In this document: positions 18,599-27,000 of the stretch, one piece after another
Position numbering within the stretch: position 1 is the first letter of the stretch
Layout: each line of letters starts with the position of its first letter
Source: a virus
Taxonomy: Duplodnaviria; Caudoviricetes
DNA: 37,153 bases
Virus record (IMG/VR): IMGVR_UViG_3300005512_003203
Coordinates: 1-37,153 of that record
Direction: 5' to 3' (one strand)
Notes under the pieces: model-generated
Database searches by the model: none
Seen by the model: only the letters and a program-made list of their open reading frames with translations
What the model was told of the DNA's origin: nothing
Position numbers and translations under genes: made by a program

Positions 18599-19139
18599 TT
18601 ACGAAATACATTCCAGTTTTTTCTAAGAACTTATGTTTTTTCTTTGTACCCATAGTACTTACACGGCGTAAGATTTTAGTTTTTTCTTCATCTAATTTAA
18701 AACCATAGTCAGACATTTTATTGATCCAATATGGAGGATTTTGGCAATTAACATGATGATATCCGCTTTGTCCTTCAAGTGCATGTGTCATTACTAAATT
18801 TTTACATTTTTGCATTGCAGTTACATAATTTGGTATGTACTTTTCTTCAACATGTTCTACAAATTCAACACTCCATCCTATATCAAATGTTTCATTTATG
18901 TCTATAGATCCTTTTGTAAAATCGTGAATAATAAATCGATCATTATTATAACGCTTTAATGTATAATCTCCGTCTATACCTAAAACTTTAAATTCCATAG
19001 ATTCAGCAAGTTCAACCATTCCGCCTGGACCACATCCTATGTCTAAAAAACTACTAAAACCTAAACTTTTAAACCAATTAAGTGACCCTTTATCTAAATG
19101 TGTTAGGCCGCCGTGTCCTCCAAGATGTTCTTCTAACAT
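18585..19139 (-). CDS. class I SAM-dependent methyltransferase
   Basis: LDIGCGPG, GIDG, SVEFVEHVEE, HHVNCQ; start at ATG 19139 (TAATG overlap). Confidence 0.85.
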   Translation of the reverse strand: MLEEHLGGHGGLTHLDKGSLNWFKSLGFSSFLDIGCGPGGMVELAESMEFKVLGIDGDYTLKRYNNDRFIIHDFTKGSIDINETFDIGWSVEFVEHVEEKYIPNYVTAMQKCKNLVMTHALEGQSGYHHVNCQNPPYWINKMSDYGFKLDEEKTKILRRVSTMGTKKKHKFLEKTGMYFVNENV

Positions 19140-19999
19140 TATATATTCCTCTCTAATTCGTATTGATCTGCACACATATCTTTTAATGTTTTTGTTACAT
19201 TTAATAATGAACTTATTTCTGGTACAATACTTGACTCAATGTCTCCAGGGCGCCTATCCACAAATTCTATTTGAATATTTTTACCTGTAACGTGCGACAT
19301 TGTTTCTACAACATCTAATACCGAATATCCATTTTTTGTTCCTAAACATTCATAAGGCGTGTTAGTAGGACCTAAATTTATAGCATTAGCAATAGCACTA
19401 GCTAAATCCTGAACGTGAATAAAATCTCTAACACAAGTTCCATCCTTTGTGTTCCAGTCATTGCCAAATATTTGCAACTTGTCTTTTTTGCCAGCGGCAA
19501 CTTTTGCTACCATTCTTATAAGATGTGTACCATTGCCTAGTTGTCTGTGAATAGTATTTGTGCCACTTACATTAAAAAATCTAAAAATTGTATAACCTTT
19601 TGCTTTTTGCTTAATTATATCTTCAGCAGCAACTTTGCTCAATGCATATGGACTAGCTAGATCCCATGATGCGGCAGTTCCAGCAAATAAAAAATGTTCT
19701 GTGTCAATATTCTCTAAGCAATTAGCAGTACCAAATATGTTAGTTTTATAGTATTCGTATGGTATTTGTACACTTTCATCTACAGCTACTCTGCCTGCAA
19801 GATGCACTACAGCGTCGAATTTGTGCTTGGTTTTAAAGTTACATACATTTACATTTTCAAATTTTGCATATGATTCTATATCATTATATTCATCATATAG
19901 GTTAATGTCCCACGCAGTTACATTATGTCCTTGATCAAATAATATTTTACATAAATGACTTCCTATGTAACCGGTTGCTCCTGTAACAAGTATATTCAT
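19139..19999 (-). CDS. galE: UDP-glucose 4-epimerase-like NAD-dependent epimerase
   Basis: TGATGYIG, HLA, YALSK, RFFN, DGTCVRDFIHV, RRPGD. Confidence 0.88.
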   Translation of the reverse strand: MNILVTGATGYIGSHLCKILFDQGHNVTAWDINLYDEYNDIESYAKFENVNVCNFKTKHKFDAVVHLAGRVAVDESVQIPYEYYKTNIFGTANCLENIDTEHFLFAGTAASWDLASPYALSKVAAEDIIKQKAKGYTIFRFFNVSGTNTIHRQLGNGTHLIRMVAKVAAGKKDKLQIFGNDWNTKDGTCVRDFIHVQDLASAIANAINLGPTNTPYECLGTKNGYSVLDVVETMSHVTGKNIQIEFVDRRPGDIESSIVPEISSLLNVTKTLKDMCADQYELERNI

Positions 20000-20715
20000 T
20001 ATTTGTTTTTTAGCTCTTCAAGTTTAAAATAAAATTTATTTTTCTTAGGTTTAGCACCTTCTCTAAAATACTTTTTGGCACCTTTGCCAGTCCATATTTT
20101 TGAATCAGGTCTTAAATGATAATCAACATACTTCATTCCAAATGTACTAATTTTTTCTTCTGCAACTAATTCATTTAGAGCAGTTTGATCTAAAAACCAA
20201 ACAAGTCCTTGTTGCTTTGCTAATTCTAAAATTTTATCTTTTAAATAATATCTTCCTAATTTGTTGCCAGCAAATGCTACACAACCACCAAGAGCGCCTA
20301 CACCTTTCACTCTCATAGCCACCCAATCATTTGATAAATCTGCGCTCCATTCTTCTAAACTAATATCTGCAATCAACATACCATCAGGATCAACAGCCAT
20401 TATATTTGCTGAATCATGAAATATTTCAGGTACTCTTAAAAATCTACTATTAACCCAATATCCTTTTTTGTCATCTAAAGTTTTATAACTTTCAGGAGTA
20501 ATTTCAGTAGTCAAACTTATTTTGTTCTTATTACACCATTCTATATCTTGATCCGTTGCGTCAAAGATATGTACATGAACTGAAATTTTGTTAGCATAAA
20601 TTTTAACACTTTTAATAAAATGTATTGCAAAATCATTGAAAAAAACTGTGTCACAGGGAAGATAAAAAAAGTTGCCTTTACGTTTTTTAACTTGTAAGGG
20701 TACGTAATCTATCAT
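19999..20715 (-). CDS. putative GT-A nucleotide-diphospho-sugar transferase
   Basis: HVHIFD, SRFL, DxD (VDPDG), WFLDQ..L, IWTGKG. Confidence 0.6.
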   Translation of the reverse strand: MIDYVPLQVKKRKGNFFYLPCDTVFFNDFAIHFIKSVKIYANKISVHVHIFDATDQDIEWCNKNKISLTTEITPESYKTLDDKKGYWVNSRFLRVPEIFHDSANIMAVDPDGMLIADISLEEWSADLSNDWVAMRVKGVGALGGCVAFAGNKLGRYYLKDKILELAKQQGLVWFLDQTALNELVAEEKISTFGMKYVDYHLRPDSKIWTGKGAKKYFREGAKPKKNKFYFKLEELKNK

Positions 20716-21167
20716 AAACTTGCGTCCTCCATACCTGCTACTCTTAGCTTGACAACATTAGTTATCTGCCATTGCTTTTGATCTAGTGCCTTAAGAACGC
20801 CTAACCATTTGTTTCGCATAAGAGCAAACTCATTGATAATTTTTTCGTAGTCAACAACGTCTGCCTCACCGTCAACGTATTTTTCAACGTCACGGCTAGA
20901 CAGAGCTCGTTGATAGTTTTCTAGGTATTTTTTAAAATATGAACTACGCAATCTTCGCAGTTCTATATTTAAGTAGTTTAGGATTGCTTCAATTTCTTGT
21001 AGTTGATTGAAGCGGTGTTCGACAATGCCTGGCATTTCTGCAGCGGCTCGTTCTACATTGCCGTGTAGTTTTACTTCCTTACGAGCTTCGGAAAGTTCTG
21101 ACTCAAAATGAGCTACTGCATCAGGGATCTTAGAAACATCACGAGATATTTCACTATACCAACCCAT
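20712..21167 (-). CDS. uvsY: recombination mediator UvsY
   Basis: Helical 151-aa protein with DVEKYVDGEAD and terminal KLRVAG; downstream of uvsX. Confidence 0.75.
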   Translation of the reverse strand: MGWYSEISRDVSKIPDAVAHFESELSEARKEVKLHGNVERAAAEMPGIVEHRFNQLQEIEAILNYLNIELRRLRSSYFKKYLENYQRALSSRDVEKYVDGEADVVDYEKIINEFALMRNKWLGVLKALDQKQWQITNVVKLRVAGMEDASL

Positions 21168-21397
21168 TACCAGTCCTCTTCTTCGTCGTCTTCGGTAACA
21201 TCATTGTCTATGTCAAGATAGTAGTAGATAGCAGCATCAAGATCATTGCAGTGGCCGAGTGCATTTTTGAAATGCTCATCATCTGCGCCGTAGTCTGCAC
21301 ACACGTCAACAAAACGTTCTGCAACAACTTCAATGTTTTTCTTGTCAATGTTATCCTTAAACACTGTCCAAATATCAACAATTTGTGATTCATCCAT
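21167..21397 (-). CDS. small acidic hypothetical protein
   Basis: 76-aa ORF coupled by overlaps to uvsX and uvsY. Confidence 0.75.
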   Translation of the reverse strand: MDESQIVDIWTVFKDNIDKKNIEVVAERFVDVCADYGADDEHFKNALGHCNDLDAAIYYYLDIDNDVTEDDEEEDW

Positions 21398-22463
21398 TAA
21401 CAGGCTCCTCGATTGGTTCTTCTATGTCGTCTTGGATATTTACCTTTTCAGTTGATAAATTCACATGATCTGACATTACCATATCGAGCAGTTCCCCGGT
21501 CCAGTTTTTGCGATATTCTTTGTGTTCTTCACCTTTTGAATCGATGTATTTTAGTCTGTTGCCGTCTTTAGATAACAGTCCTTTCTTTTCAAAAAGTTCT
21601 ACAAGTCCGCTATAAGGGTTCATACCTGTTTCGTATGGAATCTTAACCTGTACACCTTCAAACGGTTTAGCATAACGTGTTTTCATTACTTTACAGCCTG
21701 CACGTATACCACGTACTTCGCTGATTTTGTTACCGTCTTCGTCTTCTTTTAGTTTTAACTTTTTCATTGCAACTACAATTGAACTTGCATAGATAAATCC
21801 TTGACCACCTGATATCTTATCATCTGGATCAAACATATCTTGCGATGCATATGTGTGGTTAGTACATACAAGTCCTACATTGTGCGAACCAATCATGTTA
21901 ACTGTGTTACGAACAAGTGAAGTCAATGCCTTAGGCTTACGACCCATATCACCTTTCATATCACCTTTGTTAAATTGATCAACGTCTGTAGGTGTTAGCA
22001 ACATACCTAAACTATCAATAACAAATAGTACCTTAGGACGATCTTCTTCGTCCATTGCTTTGTAGTCTGTCATAAACACACTAATAGTCTTAGCAACGTC
22101 ATCGATCATTGACATGTTTAGTTTGAGAAGTTTTTCTTCTGAAGTATCTACATTAAGAGCATGTAGCCAACTTTCATCAAGTGCATTCTCTGAGTCAATT
22201 AATACAACAAAGATACCTTGATCCTGTGCTGCTTTTACAATGTTACCTGCACAGATATATGATTTACCTGCGCCTGACTCACCTGCAAACACAGTCACCT
22301 TACCCATAGGAACACCTTTGTGAAAGTCACCTGAGATAAGATAATTGAGTGCATAGTTACCTGTTGAAATCCAATCAGTGGGATCATTAAATCCTGCACT
22401 CATACCTGAAATAGATTTTGTTAGTTGTGTCCGAAACTTGCTCGGATCAAACGATTTAGCCAT
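21390..22463 (-). CDS. uvsX: RecA-like recombinase UvsX
   Basis: GESGAGKS, IDSENA, VIDSLG, NHTY, SGG.G..YASS. Confidence 0.92.
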   Translation of the reverse strand: MAKSFDPSKFRTQLTKSISGMSAGFNDPTDWISTGNYALNYLISGDFHKGVPMGKVTVFAGESGAGKSYICAGNIVKAAQDQGIFVVLIDSENALDESWLHALNVDTSEEKLLKLNMSMIDDVAKTISVFMTDYKAMDEEDRPKVLFVIDSLGMLLTPTDVDQFNKGDMKGDMGRKPKALTSLVRNTVNMIGSHNVGLVCTNHTYASQDMFDPDDKISGGQGFIYASSIVVAMKKLKLKEDEDGNKISEVRGIRAGCKVMKTRYAKPFEGVQVKIPYETGMNPYSGLVELFEKKGLLSKDGNRLKYIDSKGEEHKEYRKNWTGELLDMVMSDHVNLSTEKVNIQDDIEEPIEEPVNG

Positions 22464-22477
22464 AGTATCTCCTTATC

Positions 22478-22505
22478 AAATAAATGGGAGGGATTTCTCC
22501 CTCCC
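22478..22505 (-). terminator. intrinsic terminator/attenuator after SSB
   Basis: GGGAGGGA-GAAA-TCCCTCCC followed by ATTTATTT. Confidence 0.7.
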
Positions 22506-22512
22506 TGTGCTA

Positions 22513-23511
22513 TTAGTTGTTTTGTCTTGAACGGATCATTGCAAGAATATCTTGTGCCTTACCGTCACCGCCATCTGCTGGAGCCGCTTCAGCCGCTGGT
22601 GCAGTTTCTACAGCTGGTGCTGGTGCAGTTTCTACAGCTGGTGCTGGAGTTGCCGCTGGCGCTTGTGTTCTCGAAGTTGCAGTACCGTTAGTAGATGATA
22701 CATTTGGATCACCAGTACGTGCAGCCATTCCTGCTGGACGGAAATACTGACCAAAACGATCTGCATCATAAGCCTCGCCATCAACAGATGCTTCAAACAT
22801 CTCCTTCATTACCTTAAGTTCTACATCAGTAGGCTTCTTAGGTAAGAAGTCGCTCAAGTTAAACAAACCGTGTGTGTTTACTGCTTGCATTTCTGCATCA
22901 CCAAGTGGACGCTCTCTACGAGCCCAGTTTGATGTTGAATAGTCTGCATAACCACCTTTGGTTGTTTTTGCAAGACGGAAGTCTACGCCAGCAGTATAAT
23001 CTGTTGGTAGTTCTTCCATGTCTGGATCCATTAATGCCGCTTTGATAATTTGGAAAATTTGTGGACCGATGATAAATCTACGGATTGGATTTTCCGGAGT
23101 TTTATCTTCTGCTAGTGGGCTATCAGTTACAAAGCCTTGGAATACGTATGAACGCTTCTTCCAATACTTACGACCCATGTCTTCAAGACTTGAATCTTTA
23201 AACCAACCGCGTACCTCATTTAAGATATCGCATGTTTCGCCATACATTTCCATACATGGAATCTGTACCTGTACAGGACGTGAATCAGTTTCACCTTTTA
23301 CTCCTGCAAATGGTAGTTTGATCATCAAACGTTCTTTCCAAAAGAAAGTGTTTGACTCATCGCCATCAGGTAAAAAGCGTAGAACACTTGTCTCGCCTTC
23401 TTTCATATTCCAAAATGGGAAAATTGCGTTGTCGCCGCCGCTTGTTGAACCACCGCTTGTGCGTGATTCTTGCTCTTTTAGTTTTGCTCTTATTTCAGCT
23501 AATGATGCCAT
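22513..23511 (-). CDS. single-stranded DNA-binding protein, gp32-like
   Basis: LRFLPD, KYWKKR, GPQIF, GYADYSTS; GGAGG RBS before MASLAEIR. Confidence 0.88.
   Translation of the reverse strand: MASLAEIRAKLKEQESRTSGGSTSGGDNAIFPFWNMKEGETSVLRFLPDGDESNTFFWKERLMIKLPFAGVKGETDSRPVQVQIPCMEMYGETCDILNEVRGWFKDSSLEDMGRKYWKKRSYVFQGFVTDSPLAEDKTPENPIRRFIIGPQIFQIIKAALMDPDMEELPTDYTAGVDFRLAKTTKGGYADYSTSNWARRERPLGDAEMQAVNTHGLFNLSDFLPKKPTDVELKVMKEMFEASVDGEAYDADRFGQYFRPAGMAARTGDPNVSSTNGTATSRTQAPAATPAPAVETAPAPAVETAPAAEAAPADGGDGKAQDILAMIRSRQNN
22595..22647. repeat. 24-bp tandem duplication in the SSB linker (PAVETAPA x2)
   Basis: gctggtgcagtttctacagctggt at 22595-22618 and 22619-22642. Confidence 0.9.
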
Positions 23512-23573
23512 AGTTATGCCTCCTTTATAATTGCCTATTGCATTGTGCCTTAATATCATATAGCACATTACAT

Positions 23574-23602
23574 ACTATACGATAATATTTAGCAGAAGTC
23601 AA
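23574..23602 (-). promoter_or_regulatory. sigma70 promoter with a nested late promoter for SSB
   Basis: TTGACT (23602-23597), 17 nt, TATAGT (23579-23574); TAAATA (23591-23586) lies in the spacer. Confidence 0.75.
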
Positions 23603-23625
23603 CCTTTTTCTGCTAGTTTTTTGAA

Positions 23626-25362
23626 TTAATTGGTCAAACCAGCTAATTCTCTCATATGAGCCATTTCTGCATCGTGTTCTGCACTTGCTTCTTGTCTCAT
23701 TGAATGTTCTTCAAACTTGTGTTTGATTGCTTCGATAAATTCTTTTGCGCCATTAATGTATCTTTCGCCATAGTCTTTTTCTACTGCTGTAAGAACTGCT
23801 GTTTCACCTTTTGGAAACTGTCCAGTTTCTCTGTCAAACAGTGAAAGCACAAACTCAGTCACAGGAACTTGAGGTTTGTTGTCTTCGATATCTACTTCAT
23901 CTTCTTTTTCTTGTGATTGATAATATTTTAAAAATTCTACATGTTTTGGATGTGTTTCTGCTGCATCAGGATTCTTTGTGTAAATTTTTAACCAACCCTT
24001 GTATTCTGGATCGTCATGCATTTCTTTAACTGGTGCATCTTCTAATCCTTGTTCAACAACATCGTCTGCCCAGTTTTCAAAACTTTCAAAGTCCATGTAG
24101 TCCATTGGATTATCATCTCCACCGTATAGGTCTTGATACTCATCATAAGAACTTGGTTGTCCATCATAGTCGTCATCATCATGATCCATGTCTGATAAAC
24201 TATCCAAAACATCTGCAACAAAATCTTTATCTGTCATCACTCTTTCATGTCCTAGTTCTTTTACTAAACTAGCCATTTTCATAATAATTTCTCTTTCATC
24301 TTCATAATCGTAGCGGACACCGTTTTGGTATAATTTGTCAGCAACTTCATGCGCAAAATCATTTCTTTCACTTAATAAGTCTTCTGGACCAAGTTCTTGT
24401 GCTTTGGTCTTTTCGTTTACTAGTCTGTAGATATATGGAAATACATCTTTTAATTCTTCATTGAACTGGCGTATAGTTAATTGATCAATCCAATTACTTG
24501 CTACTTCCTCAGGAACATCTTCATATACTGTTTGCTCGTATGATTCAAATGCTTCTTTGTAACGAGATTGTTTTTGAAGATTTTCTACTGTCTTTTTAAC
24601 CGTTTCGATTCTTTCGTTTACTGCATCCATATAACCTGCAAGACTTTCAGCCATTACACTTGAGCGATTCATGTAATTTTTAAACTTGCGTAGTTTTGAT
24701 AGCTCTTCAGATAATCCTGTAATATGTTTGCCAAATTCATCATAAGCGTTGCCACCTTCACTTACGTGCATAGCCATTGCTCTTGCACCGTTTAAGTGTC
24801 GGTAAGGATATTTAAATCTTTCACCGTTAGAACTTTCAATATAAATTGCTTCAATATGTTGTGTTCTTCCTGCGGCTAATTCTTGATTTACAGGTTTGTT
24901 GTGCTTCAATGCTAGTCTAGCATTACCTATATCTTGATAACTTGTTCTACTTGTTCCATACATTTTTGATTCGCTCATTGTTTGTTCCCCAGAGTTACTA
25001 GCTAGAAATTTATAATCCCTTCTATTAAGATTAGATTTTGTAATGTTTCTTGTATCGAAATTCAATAATCTTTTCTTAGCAAAATATCTCAATTCTTTTA
25101 AAAACCCATACCATTTTTCTTTAGTAAATTTATCTTGTCCTTCGATAAAATTATTACTATACATCACGTTTAAACTTTTTTCGTCAACACTTATACTTAC
25201 TTTACCTAGATTTTTGTCACCTTCTTTGAAATCAAAGTCAAAAAATCTAGCCTCATTAGGTACATTTGTGACTAGGCCTTCTTCGTTTCCTATTGTTACA
25301 CTAGGAAAACGTCCACGTATTTTATTAAAAAGTTCTTCACCAATTAGGTCTAAGTTTTTCAT
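23626..25362 (-). CDS. acidic late protein, probably head/internal
   Basis: Start at 25362 after GATAAATA+5 nt; candidate prohead-protease sites (MSES, LSE, FES); ends ELAGL. Function is inference. Confidence 0.7.
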   Translation of the reverse strand: MKNLDLIGEELFNKIRGRFPSVTIGNEEGLVTNVPNEARFFDFDFKEGDKNLGKVSISVDEKSLNVMYSNNFIEGQDKFTKEKWYGFLKELRYFAKKRLLNFDTRNITKSNLNRRDYKFLASNSGEQTMSESKMYGTSRTSYQDIGNARLALKHNKPVNQELAAGRTQHIEAIYIESSNGERFKYPYRHLNGARAMAMHVSEGGNAYDEFGKHITGLSEELSKLRKFKNYMNRSSVMAESLAGYMDAVNERIETVKKTVENLQKQSRYKEAFESYEQTVYEDVPEEVASNWIDQLTIRQFNEELKDVFPYIYRLVNEKTKAQELGPEDLLSERNDFAHEVADKLYQNGVRYDYEDEREIIMKMASLVKELGHERVMTDKDFVADVLDSLSDMDHDDDDYDGQPSSYDEYQDLYGGDDNPMDYMDFESFENWADDVVEQGLEDAPVKEMHDDPEYKGWLKIYTKNPDAAETHPKHVEFLKYYQSQEKEDEVDIEDNKPQVPVTEFVLSLFDRETGQFPKGETAVLTAVEKDYGERYINGAKEFIEAIKHKFEEHSMRQEASAEHDAEMAHMRELAGLTN

Positions 25363-25367
25363 ATAAG

Positions 25368-25374
25368 TATTTAT
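25368..25374 (-). promoter_or_regulatory. late promoter ATAAATA overlapping the terminase stop
   Basis: TGATAAATA-CTTAT-ATG. Confidence 0.72.
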
Positions 25375-26954
25375 CAATAGTTAGTGCTAATGAAGATGGG
25401 CATGGGCGGCTCGTAATCTGATTCGTTTTCCATACTTTTAAATGTATTATAAACCCTTGGATCCCAATCTTTTAAAACGCTCATTATTCTAATTACTAAT
25501 AGCAATGCACTTATCAAATCATCAGTTTCACCCACTTTTGCTTTATATGTACTGCCTGTTGCAACGAAACCTTTAAGCTCACTTATAAGTGCAGCTGAAA
25601 AAACTTGCATTTTATCATTTTCTAACATTGTCTTCATTCTAGAACATGCACTTATCTTTGTTCCATGTGTTGTGTTAAATCCTTTGCGAAACTTTCTAAC
25701 ATGTCCCTTGCGCATAGGTTCACTAACAAATAGCCCTGGTAAATTTTCCTCACCAAAATCATTTATAACAATAAGTGCTGCTTCTCCAATAGCATTGTTC
25801 TCAACACTCCAATAAATGCTTTGAGGATTATCTGTTTCTGTAGCAATATGCTCTAGTATATCTTTTAAAACTCTTATCTGTCCAGTAATAGGAGTTGTAT
25901 TGTGTCTCCATTCTGCGACCTGAGTATAACTTGGCAATTCAAAAACTTGTATAGCTGCATAATCGCCACCTGTTCCCATGCTTGGATCTAAACCTATAAC
26001 ATAAGAACAATCTTTGCGTAATTTTTTAAACCAACGTGTTTGTCCCATGTTCATTAAAGGTGCTTGTGCTTCAAGAGTAGCTAATTTGATACTGTTGATA
26101 AGTGTTTCGTCAAATACTAAAAATTCACATTCGTATTCTCTACGAAATCTTTCTTCGCCTATACGGCCTAATTCTTCTGCTTTCCATTTGTCATCTCTGT
26201 CAGGATGTTCGCTCCAATGACAGGTAAATGAATGAAATCCATTTACACCTACATCTTGTTCATTACCGTGTTCATCATATTTCTTTTCTGCTTCTTTCCA
26301 AATAACAGCAAACGTATCTTCGTCTGAGTTTGGTGTTGAAGTAATAATAGCACGACCACCTGTTGCCAGTGTAGGTGATATCGAAGTCCAAAATTCATCT
26401 GCAATAGTAGGACTAACAAATGCAAACTCGTCACAGTATAACAGTGATATGGACATACCACGTCCTGTATTGCCTGTTGTTGTTGCACTTACTATTCTAC
26501 TGCCATTTTCAAATTCCATACTACCTTTGTTATAGTTTACAACACCAGCTCTGATATGATCAGGACACAATTCATATGCATATCTTACTCGTTGCATGAT
26601 TTCTTGTGCACCTGTGTATTTGTGAGCAGCAATAAGCACAGTTTGATCTGGATTAAACATTGCATACCACAACAGATATATTGCCGCACAGGTAGTCTTA
26701 CCTGTTTGACGTGGTAACATGTTTATGTTAAATCTATAATTATGATAACTTTTTAACAGTCGTTCTTGATATGTGTAGGGATCAAACAACAGTTTACCTT
26801 TGACCGGATGCTGTATGTAAGCAAACTTTTCTGCAAAATATAGATAACCTGTATCAGGGTGCATACACTGCACAAGATCGTTAACTTGTTCTTCAGTAAA
26901 CGATTCTCGTTGATTTGCTTTTTTGGTGAGAACACCGTCTAAACTTTTGCTCAT
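25374..26954 (-). CDS. terminase large subunit (gp17-like)
   Basis: PRQTGKT Walker A, LLYCDEFAFV Walker B, ITSTPN, FRREY, GLDPSMG.G.DY, DDL. Confidence 0.95.
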   Translation of the reverse strand: MSKSLDGVLTKKANQRESFTEEQVNDLVQCMHPDTGYLYFAEKFAYIQHPVKGKLLFDPYTYQERLLKSYHNYRFNINMLPRQTGKTTCAAIYLLWYAMFNPDQTVLIAAHKYTGAQEIMQRVRYAYELCPDHIRAGVVNYNKGSMEFENGSRIVSATTTGNTGRGMSISLLYCDEFAFVSPTIADEFWTSISPTLATGGRAIITSTPNSDEDTFAVIWKEAEKKYDEHGNEQDVGVNGFHSFTCHWSEHPDRDDKWKAEELGRIGEERFRREYECEFLVFDETLINSIKLATLEAQAPLMNMGQTRWFKKLRKDCSYVIGLDPSMGTGGDYAAIQVFELPSYTQVAEWRHNTTPITGQIRVLKDILEHIATETDNPQSIYWSVENNAIGEAALIVINDFGEENLPGLFVSEPMRKGHVRKFRKGFNTTHGTKISACSRMKTMLENDKMQVFSAALISELKGFVATGSTYKAKVGETDDLISALLLVIRIMSVLKDWDPRVYNTFKSMENESDYEPPMPIFISTNY

Positions 26955-26959
26955 GAAAG

Positions 26960-26965
26960 TATTTA
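26960..26965 (-). promoter_or_regulatory. late promoter TAAATA for terminase
   Basis: TTAAATA-CTTTC-ATG directly after a terminator. Confidence 0.72.
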
Positions 26966-26968
26966 ACC

Positions 26969-26995
26969 AAAAAAATAGCGCCTTTCGACGCTATT
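26969..26995 (-). terminator. Rho-independent terminator
   Basis: AATAGCGTC-GAAA-GGCGCTATT then a T-run. Confidence 0.85.
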
Positions 26996-27000
26996 GATTT

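Noticed and set aside
4981-20715. Host chromosomal LPS/capsule locus or chimeric assembly
   Set aside because: Genes are interleaved and overlap with phage core genes and use phage late promoters.
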